Source: Mobula hypostoma
Taxonomy: Eukaryota
DNA length: 64,000 nucleotides
Assembly (NCBI RefSeq): GCF_963921235.1
Contig: NC_086097.1
Location: 151,592,001 to 151,656,000 of the forward strand
Direction: 5' to 3'
Part shown: positions 9,835-22,100 of the stretch, one piece after another
Numbering within the stretch: the first letter of the stretch is position 1
Layout: the number at the start of each line of letters is the position of its first letter
Notes under the pieces: model-generated
What the model saw: the letters and a program-made list of their open reading frames with translations, nothing else
Database searches by the model: none
What the model was told of the DNA's origin: nothing
Translations under genes and position numbers: made by a program

Positions 9835-12800
9835 CTTCATAAGACCATTTATAGGCCATTTGGCCCATCGAGTCCGTTCGGCCATTCAATCATGCCTGAC
9901 CCTTTTTGCCCCTGCTCAGTCCCACTCCCTGGCCTTGACCCCGTAATCTTTGAAAACGCAACCAATCAAGAACCTATCAATCTCCACCTTAAATACATCC
10001 AAGGACCTGGCCTCCACAGCTGCCTGTGGTAGCAAATTCCACAAATCACCACCCTCTGGCTACAGAAATTTCTCCGCATCTCTGTTTTAAATGGATGGCC
10101 CTCTCTCCTGAGTCTGTGTCCTCTCGTCCGAGACTCCCCCACCATGGGAAACATACTTTCCACATCTACTCTGTCTAGGCCTTTCAACATTTGAAAGGTT
10201 TCGATGAGAACCCCTCTCATCCTTCTAAATTCCAGCAAGTACAGGCCAGAGCCATCAAACGTTCTTCATATGATAACCCTCTCATTCCAGAATTGGCATT
10301 CTTGAGAACCTCCTCTGAATCCTCTCCAATGCCAATACCACTTTTCTTAGATGACGAGCCCAAAACTGTTCACAATAATCAAGGTGAGGCCTCAGCCTTA
10401 CAATCCCTCAGCAGCACATCCCTCCTCTTATATTCTGAACCTCTTGAAATGAATGCTGACATTGATTTGCCTTCTTCACCACTGACTCAACCTGCAAGTT
10501 AACCATTAGGGTGTTCTGCACAAGGACTCCCAACTCCCTTTACATCTCCGATTTTTGGATTTTCTCCCCATTTAGAAATTAGTCTGCACTTTGATTTCTT
10601 CTACCAAAGTGCATGACCATGCATTTTCCAACATTGTATTTCATTTGCCACTTTCTTGCCCATTCTCCTAATCTGTCTAAGTCCTTCTGTAGCTTTCCTG
10701 ATCCCTCAGCACTACCTGCTCTTCCACCAATCCTCCTATCATCTGCACACTTGGCAACAAAGCCATCTATTCCATCATCCAAATCATTGATATAGAGCAT
10801 AAAATGAAGCAGTCCCAACACCGACCCCTACGGAATACGACTAGTCACTGTCAGCCAACCAGAAGAGGATCCTTTTATTCCAACTCACTGCCCCTTACCA
10901 ATCAGCCAATGCTCTAACCATGTTAGTAACTTTCCTGTAATACCATGGGCTCTTAACATAGTAAGCAGCCTCATGTGTGGCAACTTGTCAGAGGCCTTCT
11001 GAAAATCCAAATATACAACATCCACTACATCTCCTTTATCTATCCCACTTGTAATCTCCTTAAAAAATTCCAACAGGCTGGTCAGGCAAGATATTCCCTT
11101 AATGAAACCATGCTGACTTTAACCTATCTTGTCTTGTTTCATCAAGTAGTCCATAACCCCATTCTTAACAATTGAATCCAACCTCTGAAGTCAGGATTTT
11201 CCTTGAAGGAAACCATACTGACTTTGTACTATCTTGTCCTGTATTACCAAGTACTCCATCACTTCATTCTTAACATTTGACTCCAACATCTTCTCAACCA
11301 CTGAAGTCAGGCTAACTGGTCTATAATTTCCTTTCTGCTGCCTTCCTCTTTTCTTAAAGAATGGAGTGACATTTGCATATTTCCAGTCATCTGGAACCAG
11401 GCCAGAGTCTAATGATTCTTGGAAAACCACTACTAATGCCTCCACAATCTCTAACACTACCTCTTTCAGAACCCTACAGTGCAGTTCATCTGGTCTGGGT
11501 GACTTATGCACCTTCAGGTCTTTCAGGTTTTTGAGCACCTTATCCCTTGTAATAGCAACTGCACTCACTTCTCACCCCTCACACCCTTCAACAACTGGCA
11601 TACTGCTGGTGTCTTCCAGAGTGAAGACTGTTGAAAGATACTCATTCAGTTCATCTGCCATCTCCTTGTCCCCAGTTATTATTTCTTCAGCCTATTTCTC
11701 AGCCCTCCAATATCCACCCTCATCTCTCTTTTATTTTTTATATACTTGAAAAAGCTTTTTCTATCCACTTTGATATTATCTGCTAGCTTGCTTTCATATT
11801 TCATCTCGTCCCTCCTAATGACTCTTTCAGTTCCTTTCTGTAGGTTTTTAAAAGCTTCCCAATCCTCTATCTTCCCGTTAATTTTTGCTTTGTTGTATGC
11901 CCTCTCTTTTGCTTTTACATTAATGTTGACTTCTCTTGTCAGCATGATTGTACTATTTTGCCATTTAAATATTCCTTTATTTTTGGAATACATCTAGCCT
12001 GCACCTTCTTAATTTTTCCCAGAAATTCAAACCATTGCTGCTCTGTTATTATCTCTGCCAGCAGCTCTTTCCAATTTACTTTGGCCAACTCCTCTCTTGT
12101 ATCACTGTAATTTCCCTTACTCCACTGAAATACTGCTACGTCAGACTTTACTTTCTCCCTATCAAATTTCAAATTGAACTCAATCATACTGTGATTACTG
12201 ACTCCTAAGAGTTCCTTTACCTTAAGTTTCCTAATTGCCTCTAGTTCATTACATAACTTCCAATCCAGTATAGCTGAGTAGGCTCAATGACAGGCTGCTC
12301 TAAATAGCTATTTCATAGGCATTCAACAAATTCACTGTCTTGATATCCATTACCAAACTGATTTTCCCAATCAACCTGCATGTTGATCTCCCATGACTAT
12401 CATAACATTGTCCTTTTGACACGCCTTTTCTATTTCCTGTTGTAATCTGTAATCCACATTCCAGCTACTGTCTGGAGGTTTGCCATCAGCGTCCTTTTAC
12501 CGTTGCAATTTCCTAACTCAACCCACAAGGGTCCAATATCTTCCGATTCTATGTACATCTTTCTACTGATTTGATGCCATTCTTTACCAGCAAAGCCACA
12601 TCAGCCCCTCTTCTTGCCTTCCTATCCCTCTGATAAAATGTGTAACCAAAAGACCATAAGACAAAGGAGCAGAAGCCAGCCATTCGGCCCATCGAGTCTG
12701 CTCCGCCATTTTATCCTGAGCTGATCCATTCTCCCATTTAGTCCCACTCCCTCACCTTCTCACCATAACCTTTGATGCCCTGGCTACTCAGATACCTATC

Positions 12801-14810
12801 AATCTCTGCCTTAAATACACCCAATGACTTGGCCTCCACTGCTGCCCATGGCAACAAATTCCATAGATTCACCACCCTCTGACTAAAAAAATTTCTTCGC
12901 ATTTCTGTTCTGAAAGGGCGCCCTTCAATCCTGAAGTCATGCCCTCTCGTACTAGACTCCCCCATCATGGAAAACAACTTTGCCACATCCACTCTGTCCA
13001 TGCCTTTCAACATTCGAAATGTTTCTATGAGGTCCCCCCTCATTCTTCTAAACTCCAAGGAATACAGTCCAAGAGCGGACAAATGTTCCTCATATGTTAA
13101 CCCTCTCATTCCCGGAATCATTCTAGTGAATCTTCTCTGAACCCTCTCCAACGTCAGCACATCCTTTCTTAAATAAGAAGACCAAAACTGCCCACAGTAC
13201 TCCAAGTGAGGTCTCACCAGCATCTTATAGAGCCTCAACATCACATCCCTGCTTCTATACTCTATTCCTCTAGAAATGAATGCCAACATTGCATTCGCCT
13301 TCTTCACTACTGACTCAATCTGGAGGTTAACATTAAGGGTGTCCTGTACGAGGACTCCCAAGTCCCGTTGCATCTCCGCACTTTGAATTCTTTCCCCATT
13401 TAAATAATAGTCTGTCCGTTTATTTTTTCTGCCAAGTGCATAACCATACACTTTCCAACATTGTATTTCATTTGCCACTTCTTTGCCCATTCTTCCAATC
13501 TATCCAAGTCTCTCTGCAGACTCTCCATTTCCTCAGCACTACCGGCCCCTCCAACTATCTTCGTATCATCAGCAAACTTAGCCACAAAGCCATCTATTCC
13601 ATAATCCAAATCATTGATGTACAATGTAAAAAGAAGGGGCCCCAACACGGACCCCTGTGGAAAACCACTGGTAACTGGCAGCCAGCCAGAATAGGATCCC
13701 TTTATTCCCTTGGAGATTCTGCTCCCAACTACAACCATTCTTCAGCCACAATTCAGAGATCGCCACAACATCATAACCGACAACCTATCTTATCATCCAT
13801 CGTCCATCTTATTTCTTATAATCCGTGCATTGAGATATAATACTTTGAGTACTGTATTTGCTGCTCTTTTTGATTCTGCATCCCTAATGCCCTGCTGACT
13901 GCAATTTTGTCCTATCATCTGCCTGCCCTTCCTGGCAGTCTATCACGCTATCTTTGCTTTTTTAACTATCTGTCTTATCCTGAGTCCTTTCACTCTGGTT
14001 CCCATCCCCCTGCCAAATTAGTTTGTACCCTCTGCAGCAGCTCTTATAAACCTGCCTGTGAGAATATTGGTCCCCCTTGGGTTCAGGTGCAACCCATCCC
14101 TTTTTTCACAGGTCAAACCTCCTCCAGAATAGATCCCAAATATCCAAGAACCTGAACCCTTGCCCCCTGCACCAGCTTCTCGGCCACACATTTATCTGCC
14201 ATATCATCCTGTTCTCTGGTGCGTGGCAGAGGTAGCAATCTAGAAATTACTGCCCTGGAGGACCTGCTTCTCAGCTTGCTGTCTAGTTCTCTAAATTCTC
14301 TTTTCAGGATCTTTTTGCTTTTCCTTCCTATGTCATTGATACCAATATGTACCAAGACATCTGGTTGCTCCCCCTCCCTTTCCAAAATGCTGTGGACATG
14401 ATCCAAGACATTCCTGACCCTGGCATTTGGGAGGCAACATACCATCCAGGTGCCCCATGAACATTCACAGAATCTCCTGTACCCCTGACACAGTAAGAAA
14501 AAAGGGAAACTTAACAGAAATTTACCCAGACAACTTACCCAAAGCCAATACCTCTTCCGAGCTGAAGCCTCCTTTGAGCCTAAGCCTGACACTCCCGCTC
14601 TCACCACTGGCCCACTCCCAATAATGGCCGCTCCACTTGTCCCTTCTGCACTTTTATTAAGTCCTCTATGCGCTGCTTCCGTCGCTGATTGGGCCACTGG
14701 AATGACACCGAACACCCGCGAAGCTCTCCTTTTAAACAAGCGCCCCCGACCTGTGAGAAACCTCCTTGATGTGCACTGCTCCCATCACTGATTGGGCTGC
14801 CGGAATGATC
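9835..14810 (-). mobile_element. Near full-length degenerate CR1 LINE (5' UTR, ORF1 esterase remnant, EN, RT, 3' UTR) with a nested CR1 at 12648-13709
   Basis: Fragmented ORFs with CR1 RT/EN motifs; SGNH remnant VLVHIGINDIG at about 14340; host is contiguous across the insertion (tgtaacc|ttggagattctgctccca). Confidence 0.88.
12648..13709 (-). mobile_element. 5'-truncated CR1 LINE nested in an older CR1
   Basis: ORFs 13400-13738 (SGFPQGSVLGP, FADD) and 12738-13490; 3' tail ccaaaagaccataaga at 12646-12661. Confidence 0.9.
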
Positions 14811-14829
14811 TAATCTGATTATTAAAATA

Positions 14830-15560
14830 ATGAATAATTGACTTCCTGCTCAGACTCTTCTGGGACACCACTAGTCACATCTTTTTGATGAGGTTATTTA
14901 TTCATTATCCAGGCACTCTGCTTTCCAGTGTCTAATGAATCTAACCAAGTCAAAAATTTACATTTGATTCCATTAGCCTGTGCTATTAACAAAGCGTCTC
15001 ATGTGGATCTTTAGCAAATACATTCTGGAAGCCCTCGTAAACTATACACATAAACATGTTACTCTCCTGTACTTTAGCTATTGTATCATGAAGTTCAAGG
15101 AGTTTGTAAGGAATTTCCTCTTAAGTAATGATTCCAATAATTTTCCCATAGCAGATCCTGGACTGTCAGGTCTTAAACTTTCTTATTTCTCACTCTCCTC
15201 TTTGCAGGGGTATATCTGTAATTTTCTAATCTGAGATATGCATGCCAATTTGTACAAATAGATTTTCCCTGCTGGAGGGAATGAGATTTTCAACAATGTG
15301 TGCAACTGGAGGATATCATTCATTACAGGAGAAATCAATGATCAAATATAGTATAGCTTCTTGTGCTTCTGTGGCAGATTTTGGAAAATGAGCTGGGATG
15401 AAAACCTAAGAAGAAACTGACATCTTATTCTATTAAATTCAGAGCTGGTATAAAAATATGCAGGGGTCCTTAAGGTATCCACTATAATGTTGTGGTTGAT
15501 TACTAGTTCCCCTAGATAAGTACTTGTAGAAATTACAATAATACAAGTCTAAAGCTTCGT
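14830..15560. mobile_element. Very old CR1 fragments (both orientations)
   Basis: Weak motifs such as ctgggacaccactagtcac (reverse: VTSGVP) and ggactgtcaggtct; heavily diverged. Confidence 0.45.
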
Positions 15561-16967
15561 TTGGAAGAGATTGGAAATGAAGAAAGTAATTTATTTCTGA
15601 ATTTGTTTTAACATAGAAGGGCAAAAGTTGATTAGACCCCATTCAATCTTTCTAAATTACAGAAGCTGGCAACTCAAATATTGTTCAAAGATGAGGATAT
15701 AATTAACTGGATGTAATAAACTGCAAACAGTAAAGACAAAATTAATGTAGTTTCCAAGTCTGGGTCAATGTTAACTTTTTTATTATTGAGTTTGTTTGGT
15801 CTTTGTTACTTCCACAATTTAGCTCTGTGCTGAAGGGCAACACCACAGAGATGACTGTTGTTAATGTGTGAGTCCAGAATCAGAAGGTGGTATGCTGTTT
15901 CATTTTGGATGACAATTTTGCTTTCCTTTATTTTCCTTGAATAGTTCAGAATATTAACACTTTGCACCAGGTGCATTGAATAGTGAATAGGTATTTCATT
16001 ATTCTCGGTTAACAGACTTTGGGCAAAGGGAGCTGCCTGATCCCTCTAGTCAAAAGTCTCATAGAATTTAAATGAATTCTGTATTTCTATTAATCCCACA
16101 TATCCAAGATTTGTAGTTGCTCATTCAATCTGTTTATAGCCTCCTTTGACTCTTTCTGTTCTTCTATTTACTTACATAGAACACAGAAGTTAGAAATATA
16201 CAGCACATTACAGGCCCTTCAGCCCACAACATTGTGTCGACCATGTAACCTACTCTAGAGACTACCTAGAATTTCCCTAGCACATAGCCCTCTATTTCTC
16301 TAAGCTCCATGTACCTATCTAAGAGGCCTATTGTATCCGCTTCCACCACTGCCGCCGGTAGTGCATTCCACGCACTCACTACTCTCCGTGGGAAAAAAAA
16401 ACAAACAACAACTTACCCCTGACATCCCCTCGGTACCTATTTCCAAGCACCTTAAATCTATGTCCCCCTCGTGTTAGCCATTTCAGCCCCGGGAAAAAGC
16501 CTCTGGCTCAGGGGCGGCACTAAGGTGGTGCTAGCTGGGGCTATAGCCCCAGCAGAAATTGCAATTGCCCCACCATAGCACCAACAAGAAATTAACTGCA
16601 GCTGCTTTGCTTTCTCTGTATAGTTTTGAATACAGCTTTTTTCTCCAGCTGATCTAGTGAAACAGCGCCCCCAATTACCATAGCACCCATGCAGCAAAAA
16701 AGTTATAAGCTCTGTCAGATCCACTCTACACTTTTGCTTATTCGTTCGTTGTCAATGTCTTGCCGTTGCTGTCCTCAGATCAGTTAAGCTGATCCAAGAT
16801 CACTTAAGGTGGTGACGTCACTCACTCTCACTCACGCGAGAGATTGATAGTATACATCCAGGCGCAGATCCATGGCCTCGTGAGACTAACGGATGCCACA
16901 CGCACACATTGTTCTTTTGCAAGCTAGCGTCGACCTGGCACGTGTATTATTTTGGCCGGCATGAAAA

Positions 16968-19112
16968 ATGGATCGGTTTTTAGTCAGAAAATGACCTCAT
17001 CCAGAGGAATCAGTGATGTTTCAGCCTGAGCATGTCTTAATTGAAAGTGACATGCAGAAAGAAGTAAGTGGGGATGAGGATGACAGCAGTTCATCGAAAG
17101 AGTGTGAGGGCGAAGTAGAGGAACAAGAAATGGAGCGGGATTCGGAAGAGAACTTGGATGAAGCTGCTGTTAGTGCTAGTGGGAACACTGTTAGTGATGT
17201 TAGCCAGCAGCCTGAGGAAGGACCCCGTCGGCCAGCATTGAAAAAGTACCCTTCGCAACAGTTTGGCAATCAGCAAAGGAGTATTCGTGGCTGGTTTGAC
17301 CTGAACTCCTGGCTGGAATATTCAATCACAAAAGATGCTACATTCTGCTTCGCATGCAGGCATTTCCTGTGTGGAGGACATGGTTTCCATTCTGAGTCTA
17401 CCTTCACTGTCACCGGTTACCACAACTGGCGGAAAGCTACAACAGCTTTCAAAACCCACCATGTAAGTATAGCTCATAAGTTTGCGATGGAGGCACGGGC
17501 CGAATTCAGATTGAGAAAACAGGACGATTCAAGATTGAGAAATATGCTTGACAAAGGACATGCCAAGATTGTCCAAGAAAATTGTGAGTATATGAGAGCA
17601 GTAGTTGAGTCTGTACGCTATACTGCGTGCGAAGGCATTGCCCAGTGAGGACACCAGGACAATGATGGATCTGGCAATAGGGGAAACTTTGTTGAGTTGC
17701 TCAGTGTAATTGGGAAGTTTGATAAGACTGTAGCTAAAAAAAAAGAGGACAATCCTGGAAATGCAAAAGACACCCATCACGATATCCAAAATGAAATTAT
17801 GGGTATTATGGCAGATATGGGTCAGACGTCAAATAAGTGCAGAAATCAAGGAGGCTGGATATTTTGCCATCATGGTGGATGAAAGTAAAGACTTGAGTAA
17901 AAAGGAGCAAATATCAGTGGTGGTGCGGTATTTGAATAACAAAACAGTGCTTGAAGAATTATTGTACTTCACTCCAGCAGAAGGGTTGAACGCAGAGTCG
18001 CTTCTTAAAAGCATTGAACAGATGCTCGCCCAGTGTGTTATTGATAAGAACGCGTGTGTAGGTCAGTGTTATGACGGGTGGCAGTGATGTCCACGTGCAA
18101 TAACAGGGTACAAGAGAGGTTCAGGAAAGAGGTCCCACAGGCATTATATACACACCGCCATGCTGACAGACTTAACCTTGTTTTAGTGGATGTTGTGAGC
18201 AATGTACAACAAGTGGGTGAGTTTTTTGAAACTGTGCAGCTGCTTTACAACTTCTTTTCAAACTCTGTTGCCCACGATCTTTTCATGAAGAAACAGAAAG
18301 AACAGGAATCAACTGCACAGCCCGTGGAGTTGAAGAAATTGTCAGATACACGCTGGGCATGGCAGTATACAGCTTTGTGGACTATAAGGAAATCACTCCC
18401 TGCCATTCTAGCTACACTACAGGATACTATGGGTCAATCAAATGCACGGAGGAAAACGGAGGCCAGAGCTGTAAATGGACTGATTGACGAGCAGTTTGCT
18501 TTACTTCTCACTCTGTTTGAGGATTTATTCCGAGTCACCAAGTTCATGTCAGACCAGCTACAATCTCCCAGTTTGGAGCTTTCATCTGCTGTGGACTTGG
18601 CTCAGTCTGTTATCGATGCACTCTCAGCAAAACGAGGAGAGGAATCATGGAATGAAATTCAGGCAAGAGCTAGGGACCTGTGCGTCAAGGCCGGTATACT
18701 GACCACATGAAAGGAGACAGGCCCAGCCACCCCGCTGCCTACATGATTTTGTTGTTGAAGCCCACACTGAACGCACACCTGTCACATCTTCTGATGACCT
18801 TCGCAACCACTGTTTCTATCCAGTTATAGACAGACTTCTGACTGAAATGAAAAGACGGTTCTCAATTGAGACTGGGGGTGTTCTGACTGGAGTCTCAGCA
18901 CTGAGTCCCAAGCACAAGTTCTTCCTAGACAAGAATTGGCTTTGGCCAATGGCCCAATACTATGGAGTGACTGAAGTGAACCTGACTGCAGAGCTACATC
19001 AGGTTTGGCGTCTGCTGGAAATAAAACAAAAGCAAGGACAGACAGTGACATCCAGAAAATCATTGATGCTTTCGCCACCAATCACAACAACAGACGGATT
19101 GTGCTTCTCTGA
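16968..19112 (+). pseudogene. hAT transposase pseudogene (ZMYM1/DUF4371-like, TTF-type zinc finger)
   Basis: MDRFLVRK start; WLEYS..KDATFCFACRHF; GNFVELL; FAIMVDESKDLSKKEQ; GQCYDG; H.HADRLNL; LSDTRW; ends DAFATNHNNRRIVLL*; several stops and frameshifts. Confidence 0.9.
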
Positions 19113-19170
19113 AAACATTAATGGTGAGTGCAGATGATTTTTTAAAAATTTGGGCCAAGACTAATGCTGA

Positions 19171-19192
19171 TTATTATTATTATTATTATTAT
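19171..19192. repeat. (TTA)n microsatellite inside the hAT element
   Basis: ttattattattattattattat. Confidence 0.9.
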
Positions 19193-22100
19193 TTTGTGGT
19201 GGATACCCCATAGTCCTTATGTTTCCTGAAAATCCTAAAATATTACACTTACTACTATTAAGCCTACTGGTTTTGCTTAGACTTCCAAGTGGTGATTCTG
19301 TTGATTTTTGTTTTAAATTCAATAGCCGAATTAATTGAAGTATTGCATGGTCAGAGTACGATTTGTCCAACTCCTGGTAAAGCCTTGCATCTGTTGTTTG
19401 TCTTATTTGACTTTAATAATGGTGTATCTTTTGGCATTGCTGTCTATGTAATGCGAATAGCAGTGGGTTTGTTTTGTGTTTTTCAGTTGAAAAGCACGCA
19501 TTTGGCGCCGATTGCGGGATTGGTGCGTGATTCACGTTGTCCGCTGTTGCTCGGATGCTCTGTTTGTTTTTTTTGTTTATGCTCTGTGTAGCCCAGGTTG
19601 TCTCTGATGCTGTTGACACTGTAACGGTTCACTTCTATATTAGATCTATCAATTGCTGTTGCTTGTGAATCAACAGAGGCATTTATAGTAGGCACATAAT
19701 GCTTAAAACTGACTTTTTAACACCAGATGTCTGGCCTTGCGAATACATATTACCATACGGAGCAACCCTCAGCACCATCACTGAATCATTCAGCCCCTCC
19801 GTAGCACCAGCAAGAAAAAATCTCTGGCACCGCCACTGCTCTGGCTATCCACATGATCAATGCCTCTCATCATCTTGTACACCTCTATCAGGTCACCTCT
19901 CATCCTCTGTCGCTCCAAGGAGTAAAGACCGAGTTCACTCAACCTATTCTCATAAGATATGCCCTCCAATCCAGGCAACATCCTTGTAAGTCTCGTCTGC
20001 ACTCTCTCTATAGTATCCACATTCTTCCTGTAGTGAGGTGATCAGAACTGAACACAGTACTGCAAGTGGGGTCTGAACAAGGTCTTATGTAGCTGTACAT
20101 TACCTTATGGCTCTTGAAGTCAATCCCATGGTTGATGAAGACCAACACATCATACACCTTCTTAACAGCACTGTCAACCTGTGCAGCAGTTTTGAGTGTC
20201 CTATTGACACGGAACCCAAGATCTTTCAGATCCTCCACATTACCTAGAGTCTTACCATTTATATTATAATCTTTCTTCAAATTGGACCTACCAAAATGAA
20301 CCACTTCACAATTATCTGGGTTGAAGTCTATCTGCCACTTCTCAGCCCAGTTCTGCATCCTATTGATGTCCCACTGTAACCTCTGACAACCCTCCATACT
20401 GTCCACAACACCCCCAACCTTTGTGACATCAGCAAATTTACTAACCTACCCTTCTACTTCTTTATCTAGGTCATTTATAAAAACCACAAAGAGGAAGGGT
20501 CTCAGTACAGATCTCTGCAGAACACCACTGGTCACCGACCTCCATGCAGAATACGAACCATCTACAACCAACCTTTGCCTTCTCTGGGCAAGCCACTTTT
20601 GGATCCACAAAGCAAGGTCTCCTTGGATCGAATGCCACTTTAATTTCTGAAGGAACCTTGCATGGGGAACCTTATCAAATGCCTTACTGAAATCCATATA
20701 CACTACATCCACTGCTCTACCTTTATCAATGTGTTTTGTTACTTCCTCAAAGGATTCAATCAGGCTTATAAGGCGCGACCTTATTTGCAACCCTCCAATC
20801 CTCCAGTACTTCTCCCATCCTTGTTGCTAATGCAACGGTCATCGCAAGAGGCTCAGCAATCTCCTCCCTCGCTTCCCACAGTAGCCTAGGGTATATCTCA
20901 TCCGGTCCCAGTGACTTAACTAATTTATTGCTTTTCAAAACCTCCAGCACATCCTATTTTTTATGTTTATATGCTCAAGCGTTTCAGCCCACTTTAAGTC
21001 ATCCCCACAATTGCCAAGGTCTTTTTCCCTGGTGAATATTGAAACAAAGCATTCATTAAGTACCTCCGCTACCTCCTCCGACTCCATGCATACATTTCCA
21101 CTATCATGCCTGATTGGTCCTATTCTCAAACGGCTTATCTTCTTGTTCTTCACATACTTGTAGAATACCTTGGGATTTTCTTTAATCCTGCTCACCAAGA
21201 CCTTCTCATGGCCCCTTCTGGCTCTCCTAATTTCATTCTTAAACTCCTTCCTAGCAACCTTGTAATTTTCTAGAGCTCTAATAGTGCCTAGTTTCTTGAA
21301 CCTTTCGTAAACTTTTCTTTTTGTCTTAACTAGATTTTCTACATACTTTGTACACCATGGTTCTTTAACTCTACCATCCTTTCCCTGCCTCAATGGAATA
21401 TACGTATGCAGAACTGCATGCAAATGTTCCCTGAACATTTGCCACATTTCTGCCATGCATTTTCCTGAGAACATCTGCTCCAAATTTATGGTCCCAAGTT
21501 CCTGCCTAATTGCATCATATTTCCCCCACCCCAATTAAATGTTTTCCCAAATTGTCTGCTCCTATCCGTGTTACTATTGGGGGGGGGGTCTATAAAAAAC
21601 ACCCAGTACAGATATTGCCCTTTCCTGTTTCTGACTTCCACCCACACTTACTCAGTAGACAATCCCTCCATGACTTCCTCCTTTTCTGCAGCCGTGACAC
21701 TATCCCTAATTAACAATGCCACGCCCCCACCTCTTTTGCCTCCCAACCATCTTTGTGTCATCAGCCCTTTTTGATGAAATGCATTTGATCCTTTTGTTTG
21801 AATCTAACAATGGGCTGGAAATGGTCAAGAATCAGTCTACTTGAAGATGACCTTCTTACCACTAATCACTGTTTTATTTTTGTTATTCAATCACTTATCC
21901 ATATTAATGTATTGCCTGCAACAACACACGCCCTTATCTTATGCAAAATCCTTCTCAGACTGCAATGTGAACCAGTTAAAACAGACAGTGCAAACTAATT
22001 TATCAGCTTCAAAATGTTAAGACAATCAATTAATGACCAAATGGAAACGGAGCCAGAGATGTACATAAGCAACATGCAGAGGAAAACTGATGGTAAAATC

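Larger units (their letters stand above)
16509..19838 (+). mobile_element. hAT DNA transposon (Tip100-like), 3330 bp, both ends present
   Basis: Perfect 8-bp TSD CTCTGGCT (16501-16508 and 19839-19846); imperfect TIRs CAGGGGCGGCAC / CAGTGGCGGTGC; subterminal AGCACC/AGCCCC motifs. Confidence 0.95.
16175..21745 (-). mobile_element. Degenerate CR1 LINE with internal deletions, split by a hAT transposon (16509-19838)
   Basis: 3' tail at about 16175-16200; RT fragments in ORFs 19790-20020, 20008-20406, 20446-20790 and 20935-21534; EN remnant at about 21550-21745. Confidence 0.88.

Noticed and set aside
17013..18710. Possible host ZMYM1-like gene
   Set aside because: Has stops and frameshifts and is bounded by TIRs and an 8-bp TSD, so it is a transposon rather than a domesticated gene
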